DNA of 62,600 nt, filler included, from Stramenopiles sp. TOSAG23-2 (Eukaryota): assembly GCA_900128395.1 (NCBI GenBank). It is 6 parts of 6 records of this genome, joined end to end, with 100 filler letters (N's around TTAATTAATTAA, not from the genome) between each part and the next. Parts side by side here need not be neighbours in the genome. Positions count along the whole stretch, not along the records: positions 41,833 to 52,169 come from LT650026.1; positions 52,270 to 62,600 come from LT650027.1; 4 more parts are not named here. One strand, 5' to 3'. Positions 44,584 through 58,885 of this stretch are shown in pieces. The notes beneath the pieces were generated by a model that was not told the DNA's origin, ran no database searches, and saw only the letters and a list, made by a program, of their open reading frames with translations. The position numbers were made by a program, and so were the translations under genes. Numbering within the stretch: position 1 is the first letter of the stretch; each line of letters opens with the position of its first letter.

Positions 44584-47500
44584 TCATTTCTTCCATGACG
44601 TTTTTGGTCTTGGTTGATCTCTCCCGCCATTTTTTTTCTTCGATGATGTATATGCACCAACACCACGCATTGTTTCCTGCATAACACTACCACCTTCCAT
44701 TACTTGCCTTTCATTTATGCAAAGCACATTTTGTTCTCTACGTCCACAATACAATAGATTGTTGCGTTCTTCCTCCACGATTTTATCATTGTTTGTAAAT
44801 AAAATAGTTTGAAATTTATTACCAACCCCATTGTATTTTGATAAGCTACCTTTGTATATTAAAATTTCGTCTACTGCTACTTCAATGCTACTAACACCAC
44901 GATTTGGTGTTTTGGAGTAATTAAATATTTTTATCATAGAAATTGCAACCGGGTGATCAAATGTGAAATATAAATAATTTGGTTTTGGACACATAGATGA
45001 ATATTCTAATGAAGTTGTTAAGGGTGCTAACCAACAAGACGAACATTCATTTTCGCCTTCATTATTTAACAGGCATGACGGTAGCCTCGTATCGACTTCT
45101 ACCATGCTATTAACTTTCTCCCTTTCCGTTTTACCGGTAGTGATTTGATAATTGGGATCTAAAATGTTAATACTATGAGGTGTTGCATTTACTTGTTCCT
45201 CCTTTAAATTGATTTTATTCCCTTCAACATCGTACAATTCAATAGTATCTAAACCAATATAATAAGGATCACCCCAAGTCGACAATAATGCTATTCGGAA
45301 AGTATGCCCACATGGATTAATTGGCGTTTCATAGTCTTGTCGTATTGATAGATGCGTTGTGCTACTTTTCAATGGAATGCTATTTTGTATTTTTATTGAT
45401 TTATTTTCATATGAATTGAAATAAAATGTTTGTTTAAAATCAATATTAACATCGCCTGGGGCTTTACGAAATTTAAACATTCCAGGGAAGGTAAATGGTG
45501 ATATACGAACGGCATTCGCAGATGGACCATCTATGTGACGATAAGCCAAATTTCCATCGATACGTACGATGCAATCTTGAACACCACGGAAAGTATCATC
45601 GGAGGATTTGTTATAATTCCAAACATTCATACCAACAATGGTCATTTCTTTTTTCAAATTTATATTCAACGAATGTTTTCCACCTTTCGTATATGGTATT
45701 AACCACATGTGTCGATCATTCATCGTGTGGCAAACATTATCGACTAATTTATCAAGTGTACGTGGATCGCCGGTATGCCCGCCAACATTTATGTCTGGAG
45801 GTGATGCTTCCATATGGCTTAGATTAAGAGGAAATGGTACAATGCCTTTATCTTCTTCCCAGACTAAAATTTCCATTCCTGTCAATCCCATAAAATGTGG
45901 ATCCCCCCATGTAGTTAAAAATAATATTTCAAGTTCTTCACCTTTAATAAAATATTTTGGTGGGGATGTTAATGCGTAGGTACTTTCACTTTTTGTATTA
46001 AATCTACTCTTGTCTTTGAGAGTTTTTTCGTTTTTGAATTTCGGTGAATTTGGATCGTCAGACGTTTCACCCATTTCTTCTAACAATGTATCTAGCATGG
46101 AGTTGTCAAATGAATTCGATGAATCGCCAATTGAGAGCTTTCTTCCAGCTGCCATAGTACGCGGCCTAACACCTGTTGTTTCAGCATGTTGCCCATGTGT
46201 TTCCTTATAAACTTCCTCATATGTCTTTGTTGGTGTACGCGCGCGTGTGGTCCTCGACAATGATGTATCACCCGTATTTGGTCGTTGATTTCTAATTTCA
46301 TCCCATGCTTCTGAAAGCAACGCGCTTGTATGATCAATATTTTTGTTGTTGTCTTCATCGTTAAGCATATGATCCTCTATCTCAATATTCGACAATATTG
46401 TTTCATTAAATGTAAATAAGATGACTTCTGCACAGTTGTCCATAGCATTTAAATTGCCAGCTGCTTTGCGGATCTTGCCATCAAATATTTTCCTCTTATC
46501 GGCATAAATTTGTATCCATTTGGCACCTCGATAACTGTGGATTCTTGATTTATTATAATTCCAGATACGAATCATGGATATTGTTTTAGTTTGACTGAAA
46601 TTCATTGAAATTTTTGCCGGCTCTTCCGCTTTCGGTGCAAGCCAAACATGCATGTCATCGCAAGTATAATTGTTATTATCGAACAATTTGTCCACAGTAC
46701 GCGGATCTGCGTTATATTCCGGTAAAACATTAATATTAGCCGGTTCTGCATAATATTTACATTGACTTTTATCGTTGAAATCTACTTGTGCCCCATGTTC
46801 GTCAAAAAATTCAATACCAGAAAGGCCAACGTAATGTGGATCTCCCCAGGTTGTTTTTATAACAATTTCAAATGTATTACCACTTGGCAATATGGGTATT
46901 TCAAATTGCTCAGGCGCCCTGTCATGATTAATACTATTTTCTACACGTTTAATCGCATTCTCTTTTCCTTTGTTCTTTGCTGCATAAGTCATTAATGTAG
47001 CCGGTATTTCCTCTAAAGTATTTTCAAATTGAGATCCTGCGGTAGTTGAATCTATTACTTTACCTTCGTATGATATTGCGTTATGTTCTATCATAGGAGG
47101 CGGTGGTGGCGGTACTGGTGGACTAAATTTCAAAGGTCGTGCATCAAGCACCATATTGTTTGTACTCTTCTCTTCTTTCCCGCGTTTCTCGTATCCGTTT
47201 TTCTTTTTTTGAAAATTCCAATGGTTCTACAGCTTTTCCATGCTTAAGCTTTATTGAAGACTTTCGTTTATCTTTTTTTAACCAGAGTGGCGTCCGGATA
47301 GAATTCAAGTCCTCCGTATCGTTCGGCTCGTCTTGCGAGCTAAAGCTGTTGTCGCTATTTTCTTTTCCAACTTCATACATCATTTCAACTCCCTCAGTTT
47401 TACTACCACCAACAGTATCATTTCCTAAATGCTCCGCAGCATTATTTCTAGTTGACAAAGGTCTAATTTCATTTTTACTCCGTTCTCTTGTTGAAGCAGA

Positions 47501-49813
47501 AGTTCGATTATTGGTACTTTTATGCATTTCATATATATCTTTTGGTACAGCAATATCATCTTGTCGAATTTGTTGCTGCTGCTCTTCCTCCAACTTTTCT
47601 TTTTTGATAAAAACTATTGGTGTGGAATAATTAAACATTTTATTACCATGTGCTTTACTAATTTCCCCAGACCAAACATTTTCTCCATCAATTAAAACTT
47701 CAGCATTGCGTATACCAGCAGATGTCATGGCTACAGATCTATTATAATTCCATATTAAAATTTTACTAATATAAATTCTGTGAGGAAATCCAATACTAAA
47801 TTCAATGATTGGTATTGAATCATTAGTTATTGTGCTCTTGCTGCTGTTTCCGCTGAAAAATTCATCGTTGTCTTGAAACGATGATAAGTACATGTGTGAT
47901 TGGCTTGTTGTTTGTTTCTTCCCGTTGACCAATCTAATTAAATGTGCTTTTGGAGACGTGCTACCATTGTCGCTATTTAAACGTATATGGATCCATGATG
48001 GGTCAATTGTAATTAAAGTTTCACTTTGATCAAAAATTTCAATTTCAGTAAGGCCAATTACATCCCGTGCTCCCCAATTAGAAAATGCACGCAATAAGAA
48101 GTTATAACCATTAGGTAAAAAATTATTATTGGAATTCACCAATTCTTCTGGTCTTCCTGGACTTGGCGTTGCGATTGGTTCAGTACTTTTTCTACGCTCT
48201 TCCTCATCTTCTTCTGTATCACTATCATCACCCTTATTAATGTTGTAGATAGGATGTTTCTTCTCCGTATGTTGTTTTACCGGTAATACAATTTTGTTAC
48301 TTTCAGTATTATTGCTATCCATATTTGCTAACATTTGCAATAAATGTTTTTGTTGGTCTTTATTTAAACATTGGACACGTTCTAATAATTTAAAGGTTAA
48401 TTCAGTCGATTCATTCAACGGAATGTCTTTACCGTATTGTTCTTGTTCTGTCTCTTCCTCCTCATGTTGTGGTTCATGTTTTCTCATTTTATCAATTGTA
48501 GAAGAAGAAGTTGATGTTATCATTTTTGCTTTATTTCTTTGTTTCTTGACAACAGATGTAAATGTAGTTTTTATCTTAATTTTATGCTTTGAACGTCGAT
48601 GATTTTGATGTTTTATTTTCTCTGTACTTTTAGAAATAGAACTATTCTCCCTCGCTATTTCTTTAGCTATTTCACGAGCATCATTGTGACTCGCATGCCT
48701 ATCGTTTGATACAGCTGCGCTGTATGGCCTAGTAGACTTGCGTTTTGGTGGTGCAGAGTAAGTTGCCGATACAGGCCGTAATGTTTTGTTTGATCTTGAT
48801 TTTCTTAAGGAGTTAGAATTATTATCGTTGGATACTAAATAGGACGTCTCTGTGCCTGGTATTCCACCCCATGATGGAGTTTCTTTTGAATGGCGGATTG
48901 ACTTGGCTGATTGTACCCGAGTAATATTTTTTTTCGGCAATTGTTGTTGAATCTTCTTTTTCTTACTATTATGATGATGAGGCTGTTGTTGCTGTTTTGA
49001 TGTAATCCCTTTAATTTTGCCCATACCAACAAGGCTTTGTCTCAGCGCATTCATACCGTCCTTCGATTGTTGAGCAGCTTTCAAAATATCCAATACAGCA
49101 TCGCTGTTGGAAGACGAATTGTTGCTTGCGTTTTTAATTAAATGCCTCTGCCCTTCATCGTCATCATCATCACTTTTATTATTATCATCACTATCATATT
49201 CCTCAAATGACTCATCGCTATAGTCAACAGAGTTATCCAAATTACTACTTTTTCGTTGTAACAACATACTGTCACTTGAAGATCTCCTTTCTTGGCCAAA
49301 TGGATACGCATCTTTTGTCAATACATCGCCAGGGCTTCGTGCATTATTACGACTGCTTTTTCGCTCCAGATTTTTTGGTTTCGTCTTCTGTTTGTTCATA
49401 TTCCAACCCTTCCGTTTTCTCCGTTGTTGTTGTAGTGGTGGTGGTGGTGGTTGTTGGCTGTTCTTTTTATTTTTTGAATTTATATTATTATAATTATTAT
49501 TACTATCATAATAATCGTTATTAATCGAAATGCGATTTGTATTCAGTTTTGCTGACACGGAACCTGTTCCTTTTGCCCCTTTTTTAACCCTTTCCGTATT
49601 TGCCCCCCTCACCTGCAAATTGAAGCCACGTTCACGTTTTTCCTTCCTACGCTCTTCTTTTGATTTAGATTTTTTTTCAAGTTGTTTTTTCAAACGGTTA
49701 CGCTCCTGCAATTTTCGTATATATTCCAATTGTCTGGCGTCAAACTCTGATATATTCAAGCCATTCGCTTCTAATCCATCCAATGAATCGTCTTCTTGTA
49801 TAAATGCACTCAT
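44584..49813 (-). CDS. KATNIP: Katanin-interacting protein (KIAA0556, DUF4457 repeats), split by a +1 frameshift at ~47150-47230
   Basis: Four WG..GL..IE and three WNYN (one FNYS) DUF4457 motifs spread over two overlapping ORFs; C-terminal RPKT. Confidence 0.85.
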
Positions 49814-50535
49814 GTTTGTTTATACTGGTTTTTAGTGTTGTTTTGATTTGTATTAATATATGTGTGTGTATGTGTGTTGGTTGTAAATTGCTATTTTGTT
49901 TCTCTTTCCCCTATAAAATACAGTTTTTTTCCATCTATTATTGAAATTATTTTTTTAATTTGCCTGCTGGCCTGCTGGGCCTGGTTGTTGTTTGCACATC
50001 ATTTCAAAAAAATAATGTATTAGCACATAATATTACCTCTGGTATAGTTAAAATAAAATAGATCAATAGCTCTCCTCTAGCCCTATTAGCGAGTTGAAAT
50101 TAGGGCTATAGTATCACTAATCACTATTATAATTTCAATATTATAATGTACTTATTAGATTACAGTTTTCTGTACAATTCTTATTCGAAAATGGGTACTG
50201 TATACCAAGAGGCAAGGAATATGTGAATAGCATTATTTTTGAAAAGTCCTTCCACATCTTAATACCACACACCATAGCATCATCATCATTCACCGTCTTC
50301 TTCTTTTTTGCGGCTCTCTTCTTACCAGCTGCTTAACTTTAGCTGGTTTTAGGGCTCTCCTATCATAATTATACAGTGTATAATATTCACAAGAACGATA
50401 CAATTCAAATATTAGGAAACAAATCAAAATAAATACTGTAGAGAAAAGTGCAGCAAGAGAATTAATAGATACATATATACAAAAAGAGAAAGAATATAAA
50501 TCTATATTCGTCTATTTATATATATTTAAGTAAAA

Positions 50536-51606
50536 ATGGATACCACTGATGCTCCGCAAATAATTGAACATATACATCATAACATCGATTTCACACCATA
50601 TGAAACACGTTGGGTGCCATGTTCAGCCAGAATGGTTGGTTTAGGAATAGCACCACGTGGACACGGTGTATTGAATGTCTATGAGTTAAGTAAAGGTGAT
50701 TTAAAAGTAGTGAAAGAGAAGCAAGCACCGAATGGGTTTAAATGTGCAACATTTGGTGCTTCAAATTTGGAAAATAGGGCAATTGCAACTGGCGATTATA
50801 AAGGTGTTTTGAATATATGGGATATGGAACGTTTAAATACACCAATATATCAAGTACAAGCACATGATAAAATTGTAAATTGTATTGATGGTTGTGGTGG
50901 ACTTGATATTGGTAATGGGGCACCAGAATTAGTTACTGGTAGCCGTGATGGTACCGTTCGTGTATGGGATCCACGGGTCCAGGAAGCAGTAGTGTCATTA
51001 GAACCGGATGAAAAAGAAGCTGCGCGCGATTGCTGGACAGTATGTTTTGGTAACTCGTATAATGATGAGGAACGAGTTGTATGTGCTGGTTATGATAATG
51101 GTGATATTAAAATGTTTGATTTACGTACAAACACGGTGCGTTGGGAATCGAATGTAGGAAATGGCGTTGTTGGTCTTGAATTTGATCGCAAAGATATTGA
51201 AATGAATAAATTATTGACTGCTACACTTGAATCGAAGTTCAGGATATACGATGTTAGAACACAACACAAAGAAGATGGCTTTGCACATTTATCAGAAAAA
51301 GCACATAAATCAACTGTATGGATGGGCAAGCATTTGCCACAAAATCGTGATTTATTTATGACATGCGGTGGTAATGGTGGTTTGAACATTTATAAATATA
51401 AATATCCAGCACAACGTACTGTTAAAGATGCCAATGGCTTATTAAAAGGCGTACCAGGATCAGTTGAACTATTAAATGCTAAAATAATTTCTACCCAACC
51501 TGTTGTTTCATTTGATTGGAGTCCTGATAAACAAGGTTTGGCATGCATGGCATGCTTGGATCAAACTATACGTGTAATGATTGTTACCAAGTTACATTTA
51601 TATTAA
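50536..51606 (+). CDS. WDR92: WD repeat protein 92 / dynein axonemal assembly factor 10
   Basis: IDGCGG..IG.GAPELVTGSRDG, GYDNGDIKMFDLR, FDRKDIEMNKL, HLPQNRDLF. Confidence 0.96.
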   Translation: MDTTDAPQIIEHIHHNIDFTPYETRWVPCSARMVGLGIAPRGHGVLNVYELSKGDLKVVKEKQAPNGFKCATFGASNLENRAIATGDYKGVLNIWDMERLNTPIYQVQAHDKIVNCIDGCGGLDIGNGAPELVTGSRDGTVRVWDPRVQEAVVSLEPDEKEAARDCWTVCFGNSYNDEERVVCAGYDNGDIKMFDLRTNTVRWESNVGNGVVGLEFDRKDIEMNKLLTATLESKFRIYDVRTQHKEDGFAHLSEKAHKSTVWMGKHLPQNRDLFMTCGGNGGLNIYKYKYPAQRTVKDANGLLKGVPGSVELLNAKIISTQPVVSFDWSPDKQGLACMACLDQTIRVMIVTKLHLY

Positions 51607-52169
51607 CTTATAAAAAAAAAAAAAGCATACACACAAAAAAACGAAAAATTTTAGAAGTTTTTTTGAGTTTTTGATTTGCTAGTGAAGAAAAAGAAGAGAT
51701 ATATGTGTATGTGTGTGTAATACACGTAATGCGTGTGTAATTTTGTGAGAAAGTAAAAAAGACACACGTATGCATTACAAAATAATATATATATATGTAT
51801 TCTTTTGAGAGTAGGAATTGTCATCGAGTAGGAATAAAAAATTTAAAATACGCGTAGACTAACATTTATTTTTTAAAGAAATAATTTGTAAAATAATGTG
51901 TTGCTAGCCCTAAATTGTAAAAATATATACACGCACACGTATATCACATTATCATAAATTCAATACTCTGTCTCAGAAATAATACGAATCGTCCGTATTC
52001 AATATCCTGTACACACTACGAATGAAATAATAAAGCTCTCATGCGCCGCCGCAAGCTAATTATGTTTTTTTTTTAAATAAAATATGATATATAAATAAGA
52101 GCATCTTTCAGTTTAGTGAGATAGATTTGTCTCAGTTATTTTATTCTTTTGAAGAGTAGGAATTATCAT

Positions 52170-52269
52170 NNNNNNNNNNNNNNNNNNNNNNNNNNNNNNN
52201 NNNNNNNNNNNNNTTAATTAATTAANNNNNNNNNNNNNNNNNNNNNNNNNNNNNNNNNNNNNNNNNNNN
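52170..52269. other. Artificial contig linker
   Basis: N44-TTAATTAATTAA-N44. Confidence 0.98.
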
Positions 52270-52271
52270 AA

Positions 52272-53705
<1,434 letters not shown>

Positions 53706-54064
53706 AATCTCAAATCGAGGGAAGTCGTATACGTAAGAGAAATTTGTTGTTTGTGTGTGTTGTTGTGTGTGTGGGATATAGTGAATAAAGAGTGTTTTTT
53801 AAAGAGTTTACGAAGAAGGTTCGTCGTATTAATTTATATAATTATGATACGCTCGTACTTCGAACATTTACGAATGATGTAATATGTGATACGAAGTATG
53901 TGATGTTCGATGTTCGTAAGACGTAAGACGGATGCGCATGTAGTATAGAGTTTTACGTTTTTTAAAAAACAATATGTGCTAAAAAATATTTTTACCGATT
54001 TTACACCATGTACTTCACAAACGTTTGCTTTTGTCTGTACGTACTTCTCGGTTAAAAATTTCAT

Positions 54065-55074
54065 TTACTCCATCAAACTATTGGTGATTGGGTATTTTTC
54101 TTTTGCTAATGATGGCATTTCACCTGTGAAATTTGGTGGACGTCGTTCAACAAAACTTTTGACACCTTCGTTATGATCTTGACTTGCAAAACAGATTTGT
54201 AACAATTGTCGATGCATTTTTAAATGTTCCTCTGGATTCCGTTCCATACCTAAATACATTTGACGTTTCATTAATCTCAATGCTAATGGTGATTGTGATA
54301 AATAACGACGAGCTTCTTTCTTTGCTTCATTTAATAATTCATCATGTTCAACAATTTTATGTATAAATCCAATTTCCTTTAATTGTTCAGCATTATGAAA
54401 TTCTGCAGTAAATAACAAACGCAATGCATTTGAATAGCCGATTAATTTTGGTAACAACCATGTGCCAGCACCCATATCTGGTACAAGACCACGCTTTCCA
54501 AAGATCCAATTGACACCACGACTTTCCTTAGACATTATACGAATATCACATAACGTGGCATACTCTGCACCCTGTGTGGGTATGAATGTGTTAATGATGT
54601 GAATTGTTAGAGAGAAGAGTATATATATCTTTTAGGGGAATAGATTATACTACATACCATACCTACGGCCATGCCATTTAATGCACATATAACAGGTTTT
54701 GGAATTGTTGCAATCCACCAACCTTGCCACATCTTCAATTCTCTTGCTGTATCAGGTGGCAATTCACGTCTTGGCACGTCACCTCTTGATTTATTCCCAT
54801 CCCTATCAGCATTTGAAGTATTATCGAGTTCTTTTAAATCAGTACCGGAACAAAAGGAGTCACCACTACCAGTGATAATAATTACACGTACCGATGGATC
54901 TTCGCCTAAATCAACACATGCATTGTAAAATCCAGTTTGCATAGAAAACGTAAATGCATTTTTCGCTTCTGGTCGATTAAATTGTATCACTGCAATACCA
55001 TCCGAATCGACATGTACCGAGATTTTCTCTCCGTATCCATTTCTTAGTCCAACTGCTAATTTTGCTTTTGACAT
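54065..55074 (-). CDS. Enoyl-CoA hydratase/isomerase (crotonase family), 2 exons (55074-54658, 54571-54065)
   Basis: FNRPEAKNA, FCSGTDLKE, KPVICALNGMAVGM|GAEYATLCDIRI, RGLVPDMG; 86-nt GT-AG intron. Confidence 0.9.
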
Positions 55075-55709
55075 TTTAATTTTTAAATTATTATTATAAT
55101 ATACTCGTATTATAAAATATTTTTTTATTTTTTATAATCTAGATGTGTTTAATACACAGCACGCTGTACAAGAAACAATAGGAACTCGTTTTATATCTTG
55201 ATAATTATAAAAAAGTGTGTATAAATATTAATTTTCTTAAAATTTTGTATGTTTTTTACCTCTATTGTTGTATTTATTATTTATTATATGCTATTAAGAA
55301 TACATTGGACACGCGACATGATGTGGTGGCAAACTTCAATCACATCCCCCGAAGCAGCAGTAGAAAACCAGCTAAACATTGCAGCGTCTACATATATTAC
55401 ATACAGCAAATAACAAATGAATCTATAGGGCACCGCTAACATAAAATTACCAATTGCTTATATGTACAATCTGTTTGACAAAGGAATGATATATATGCCA
55501 AAGTATCGGTAAGTGCATTAAAATTATTAGTTTTACTGAATGGTGGTATGAATCATTCTGAACATTTATGCCATATTATTATGTAAAAGCAACTATATTC
55601 GCGGTATATTATCCTCAAACAGTCGTCTGTATACAATGCATCTATACTAAATCAAAATTACCCAATGCAATCAATACAAAGCAATTATCAGATCCAATAC
55701 ATTTTACTA

Positions 55710-57212
55710 CTACCTACTACCACCACCTGTAACAAGTGGTAAAATAAATAATACAGCAAGTATGTAAAAAAATTTCGTCATCATTTCCATATCAATAGGT
55801 ATTCCCATTATGCGTAAATATGGAAGATCTTGTACATATGCAAACATCGTTAATGCTTTGCGTGCCATGTCGGATAGATTACCTTCTTTCATTTTATCAT
55901 CATCTTCATAACTTGCAACAATTGTACCTAAACAATTTTCCGTCACACGTACATATTCCACAACTTTTGAAGATAACATTGCAAATGGCATTAAAACTTG
56001 AAAGAAAGCAAATGTAAATAATCCCAATGTTGTCCTGTGTGGAGTGTGGAGCATACAAAAGAAGAGTGGGGTCATATATGTTAGACGAGACAGGATGTCT
56101 TTTATCAGTTTAGGGGAATCGAATTTTACTTACCATGGTCGAACATACCACCAAGCATTCTCATTTCGTGATGTTAATATAAATGCATTAATATAACACA
56201 TGCTAATTAACCACATTACACCTGCTGTGCTTAACAAGTGACTAACACTTGTACTTGAACTATATTTATGCATAGAACGACACATTTCCATGTGATGTGG
56301 AAGACATTCCTTTACAAATTGCATCACTTCGATTTCTTTATTTTTTCTATGTTGCTCATTAGTCGATGATAATGTAACTTGTTGGTGGTTATTAGATCTA
56401 TTATTATTGTTATTACCCTTGTTGTTCATATGTACATTATCAAATCTATTCAATAATTCAGTTGTTTTTTCTACTAATTTTTGATATTTGGATAAATATG
56501 CTAAAATCACAACGGTTGATGTATTATAAAATGAAAAAAATGCAAATCCACCTGAAAGCCATGCAGATATTTCAACGACTTGTGCAATTATTTTTAAATA
56601 AAATGGTAATGCTTTTGCACTAGCACTTTCAATCCAAAGCAATGGAATCCATAATGTAAATGCTGCCCAAAACCATGTCATAATCATTGGATTCATAACA
56701 TACGTCGTAACACACATACCATCATACTTATCTATTTCTTTTTTTGATAACGGTATATGCATTGATGGTTGTTGCATTGAATCCTTTGCGATACCACTTT
56801 CGTGCCATTTCTTGTATCGATGTCGTATCATAACAACAGAACACGGAATGAAAGCAGCGAATAGAAAATATAATAAATCACATAAACCAGAAAAATATAA
56901 GATAAATCCTTGTAATGACAATAATAAATGTGGAATGTCCCAAAAATAACACCATGCATTGTAGCAACATGATGTTTTAATCCATTTGCCATCATTTTTT
57001 TCCATCATGTGTTGATATTTCACACCTGTCATGGTTAGTAATATTGTTAACGTTTTTGAACTATATGGATCAATATTTGTAGATACGTTGGAAGATGAAA
57101 ATTTCCATGTTTTATCGTTATTATCTGTATTGTTAATAATATTATTATCGTCTAATCCATTTTCTTCCTCTTCATTGTAAGGTGGTGGTATATTTTCTAC
57201 TACGTATGCCAT
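55710..57212 (-). CDS. Seven-TM protein, gustatory-receptor-like/DUF3537-type candidate, 2 exons (57212-56134, 56034-55710)
   Basis: A 99-nt GTAAGT..CTAAC..CACAG intron joins the two track ORFs in frame (VRPW-TTLG). Seven hydrophobic helices, a long loop after TM4, and a terminal IMGIPIDMEMMTKFFYILAVLFIL. Confidence 0.6.
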
Positions 57213-57582
57213 TTTGTTTTTTTTTTTAGCTCAAGTTGTGTATATATTGAAAAAATAATAAATGTACCAAATTGAAAAATGTTTAAAACTTCAATTAGAA
57301 TAAATATTAAATGTATTAATAATAATGATTTTAAATTTCTAATTCTTATATATATTAATATTACAGAGATATAACACAGGGAGATAAAGAAAAATCCCCG
57401 AAAGCAATAGAATTTGAATATAACTTCAATCTGTTTTTATTTCTTACAATCTACATAAAGTCTTCATACAATTGATTTATTCTTCTTTTACATTATATTT
57501 GTTTTTTCTCTTTCATTCAAAGTTCTTTCAACAGAAACCAAACGACAAACATATTAGAAGTTGTTTTCTCATCAAAAAATGC

Positions 57583-58531
57583 TTTGAAAATAATATGAAA
57601 AAATGAAAGAACAAGTTTAATCGATTGTACATCTATATGTATGTATCAGTAGAATATAAAATTGATCATGTATCATCTTCAATATCATATTGTTTCAGAA
57701 ATGCACATCGATTATTGATGTTTTCCTTGCATTGATATGTTACATCCAGTTGAACATTGCATTTCATTCGATATATGTTCATTTATCTTGGTCGTATATA
57801 TCATACATATATGACTTCTAAAATGGTTTGAAAATAATACGAAAAAATGAAAGAACAAGTTTAATCGATTGTACATCTATATGTATGTATCAATAGAATA
57901 TAAAATTGATCAATTATCATCTTCAATATTATATTGTTTCAAAAATGCACATCGATTATTGATGTTTTCCTTGCATTGATGTGTTACATCCACTTGAACA
58001 TTGCATATCATTCGATATCTTTACATTTATCTTGGTCGCATATATCATACATATATGACTTCTAAAATGGTTTGAAAATAATACGAAAAAATGAAAGAAC
58101 AAGTTTAATCGATTGTACATCTATATGTATGTATCAATAGAATATAAAATTGATCAATTATCATCTTCAATATTATATTGTTTCAAAAATGCACATCGAT
58201 TATTGATGTTTTCCTTGCATTGATGTGTTACATCCACTTGAACATTGCATATCATTCGATATCTTTACATTTATCTTGGTCGCATATATCATACATATAT
58301 GACTTCTAAAATGGTTTGAAAATAATACGAAAAAATGAAAGAACAAGTTTAATCGATTGTGCATCGATATGTATGTATCAATAGAATATAAAATTGATCA
58401 ATTATCATCTTGAATATCATATTGTTTCAGAAATGCCCAATAACTATTATTGTTTCCCTTGCATTGATGTGTTACATCCAGTTGAACATTGCATTTCATT
58501 CGATATATGTTCATTTATCTTGGTCGCATAT
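57583..58531. repeat. Tandem repeat array, 244-bp unit, ~3.9 copies
   Basis: TTTGAAAATAATA.GAAAAAATGAAAGAACAAG at 57583, 57827, 58071, 58315. Confidence 0.93.
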
Positions 58532-58885
58532 GTTCATTTGTCATGTTGAAATGGGCCCCGGCCTCTATTAAAACATGTATCGAAGGCGGTTATGTAAATC
58601 GATTTTTGAATAGAAGCACGCGCCGTGTGTGATGTAAATATATTGAAGAGGGGGAAGAATACGTACGTACATTTACTGATTGTAATCACTGACAATATAT
58701 ATATAAATAATTGATTATTATCTCTCTCTCCCTCTCTGTGGTTAAACTATACTTGGTATATATATATATATATATACATATCTTTTTATACGAAATATTC
58801 ACCATTTTGAGGAAATTAAATAATAATTTGTAATTTGTACTACATTAGAAATTATAACCAAAAAAAAAAAAATAATAAAAAAAAT

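Noticed and set aside
47203-47230. 28-nt GT..AG micro-intron that would repair the KATNIP frame
   Set aside because: Weak donor (GTAGAA), no CTAAC, and far shorter than the 86-112-nt introns seen elsewhere.
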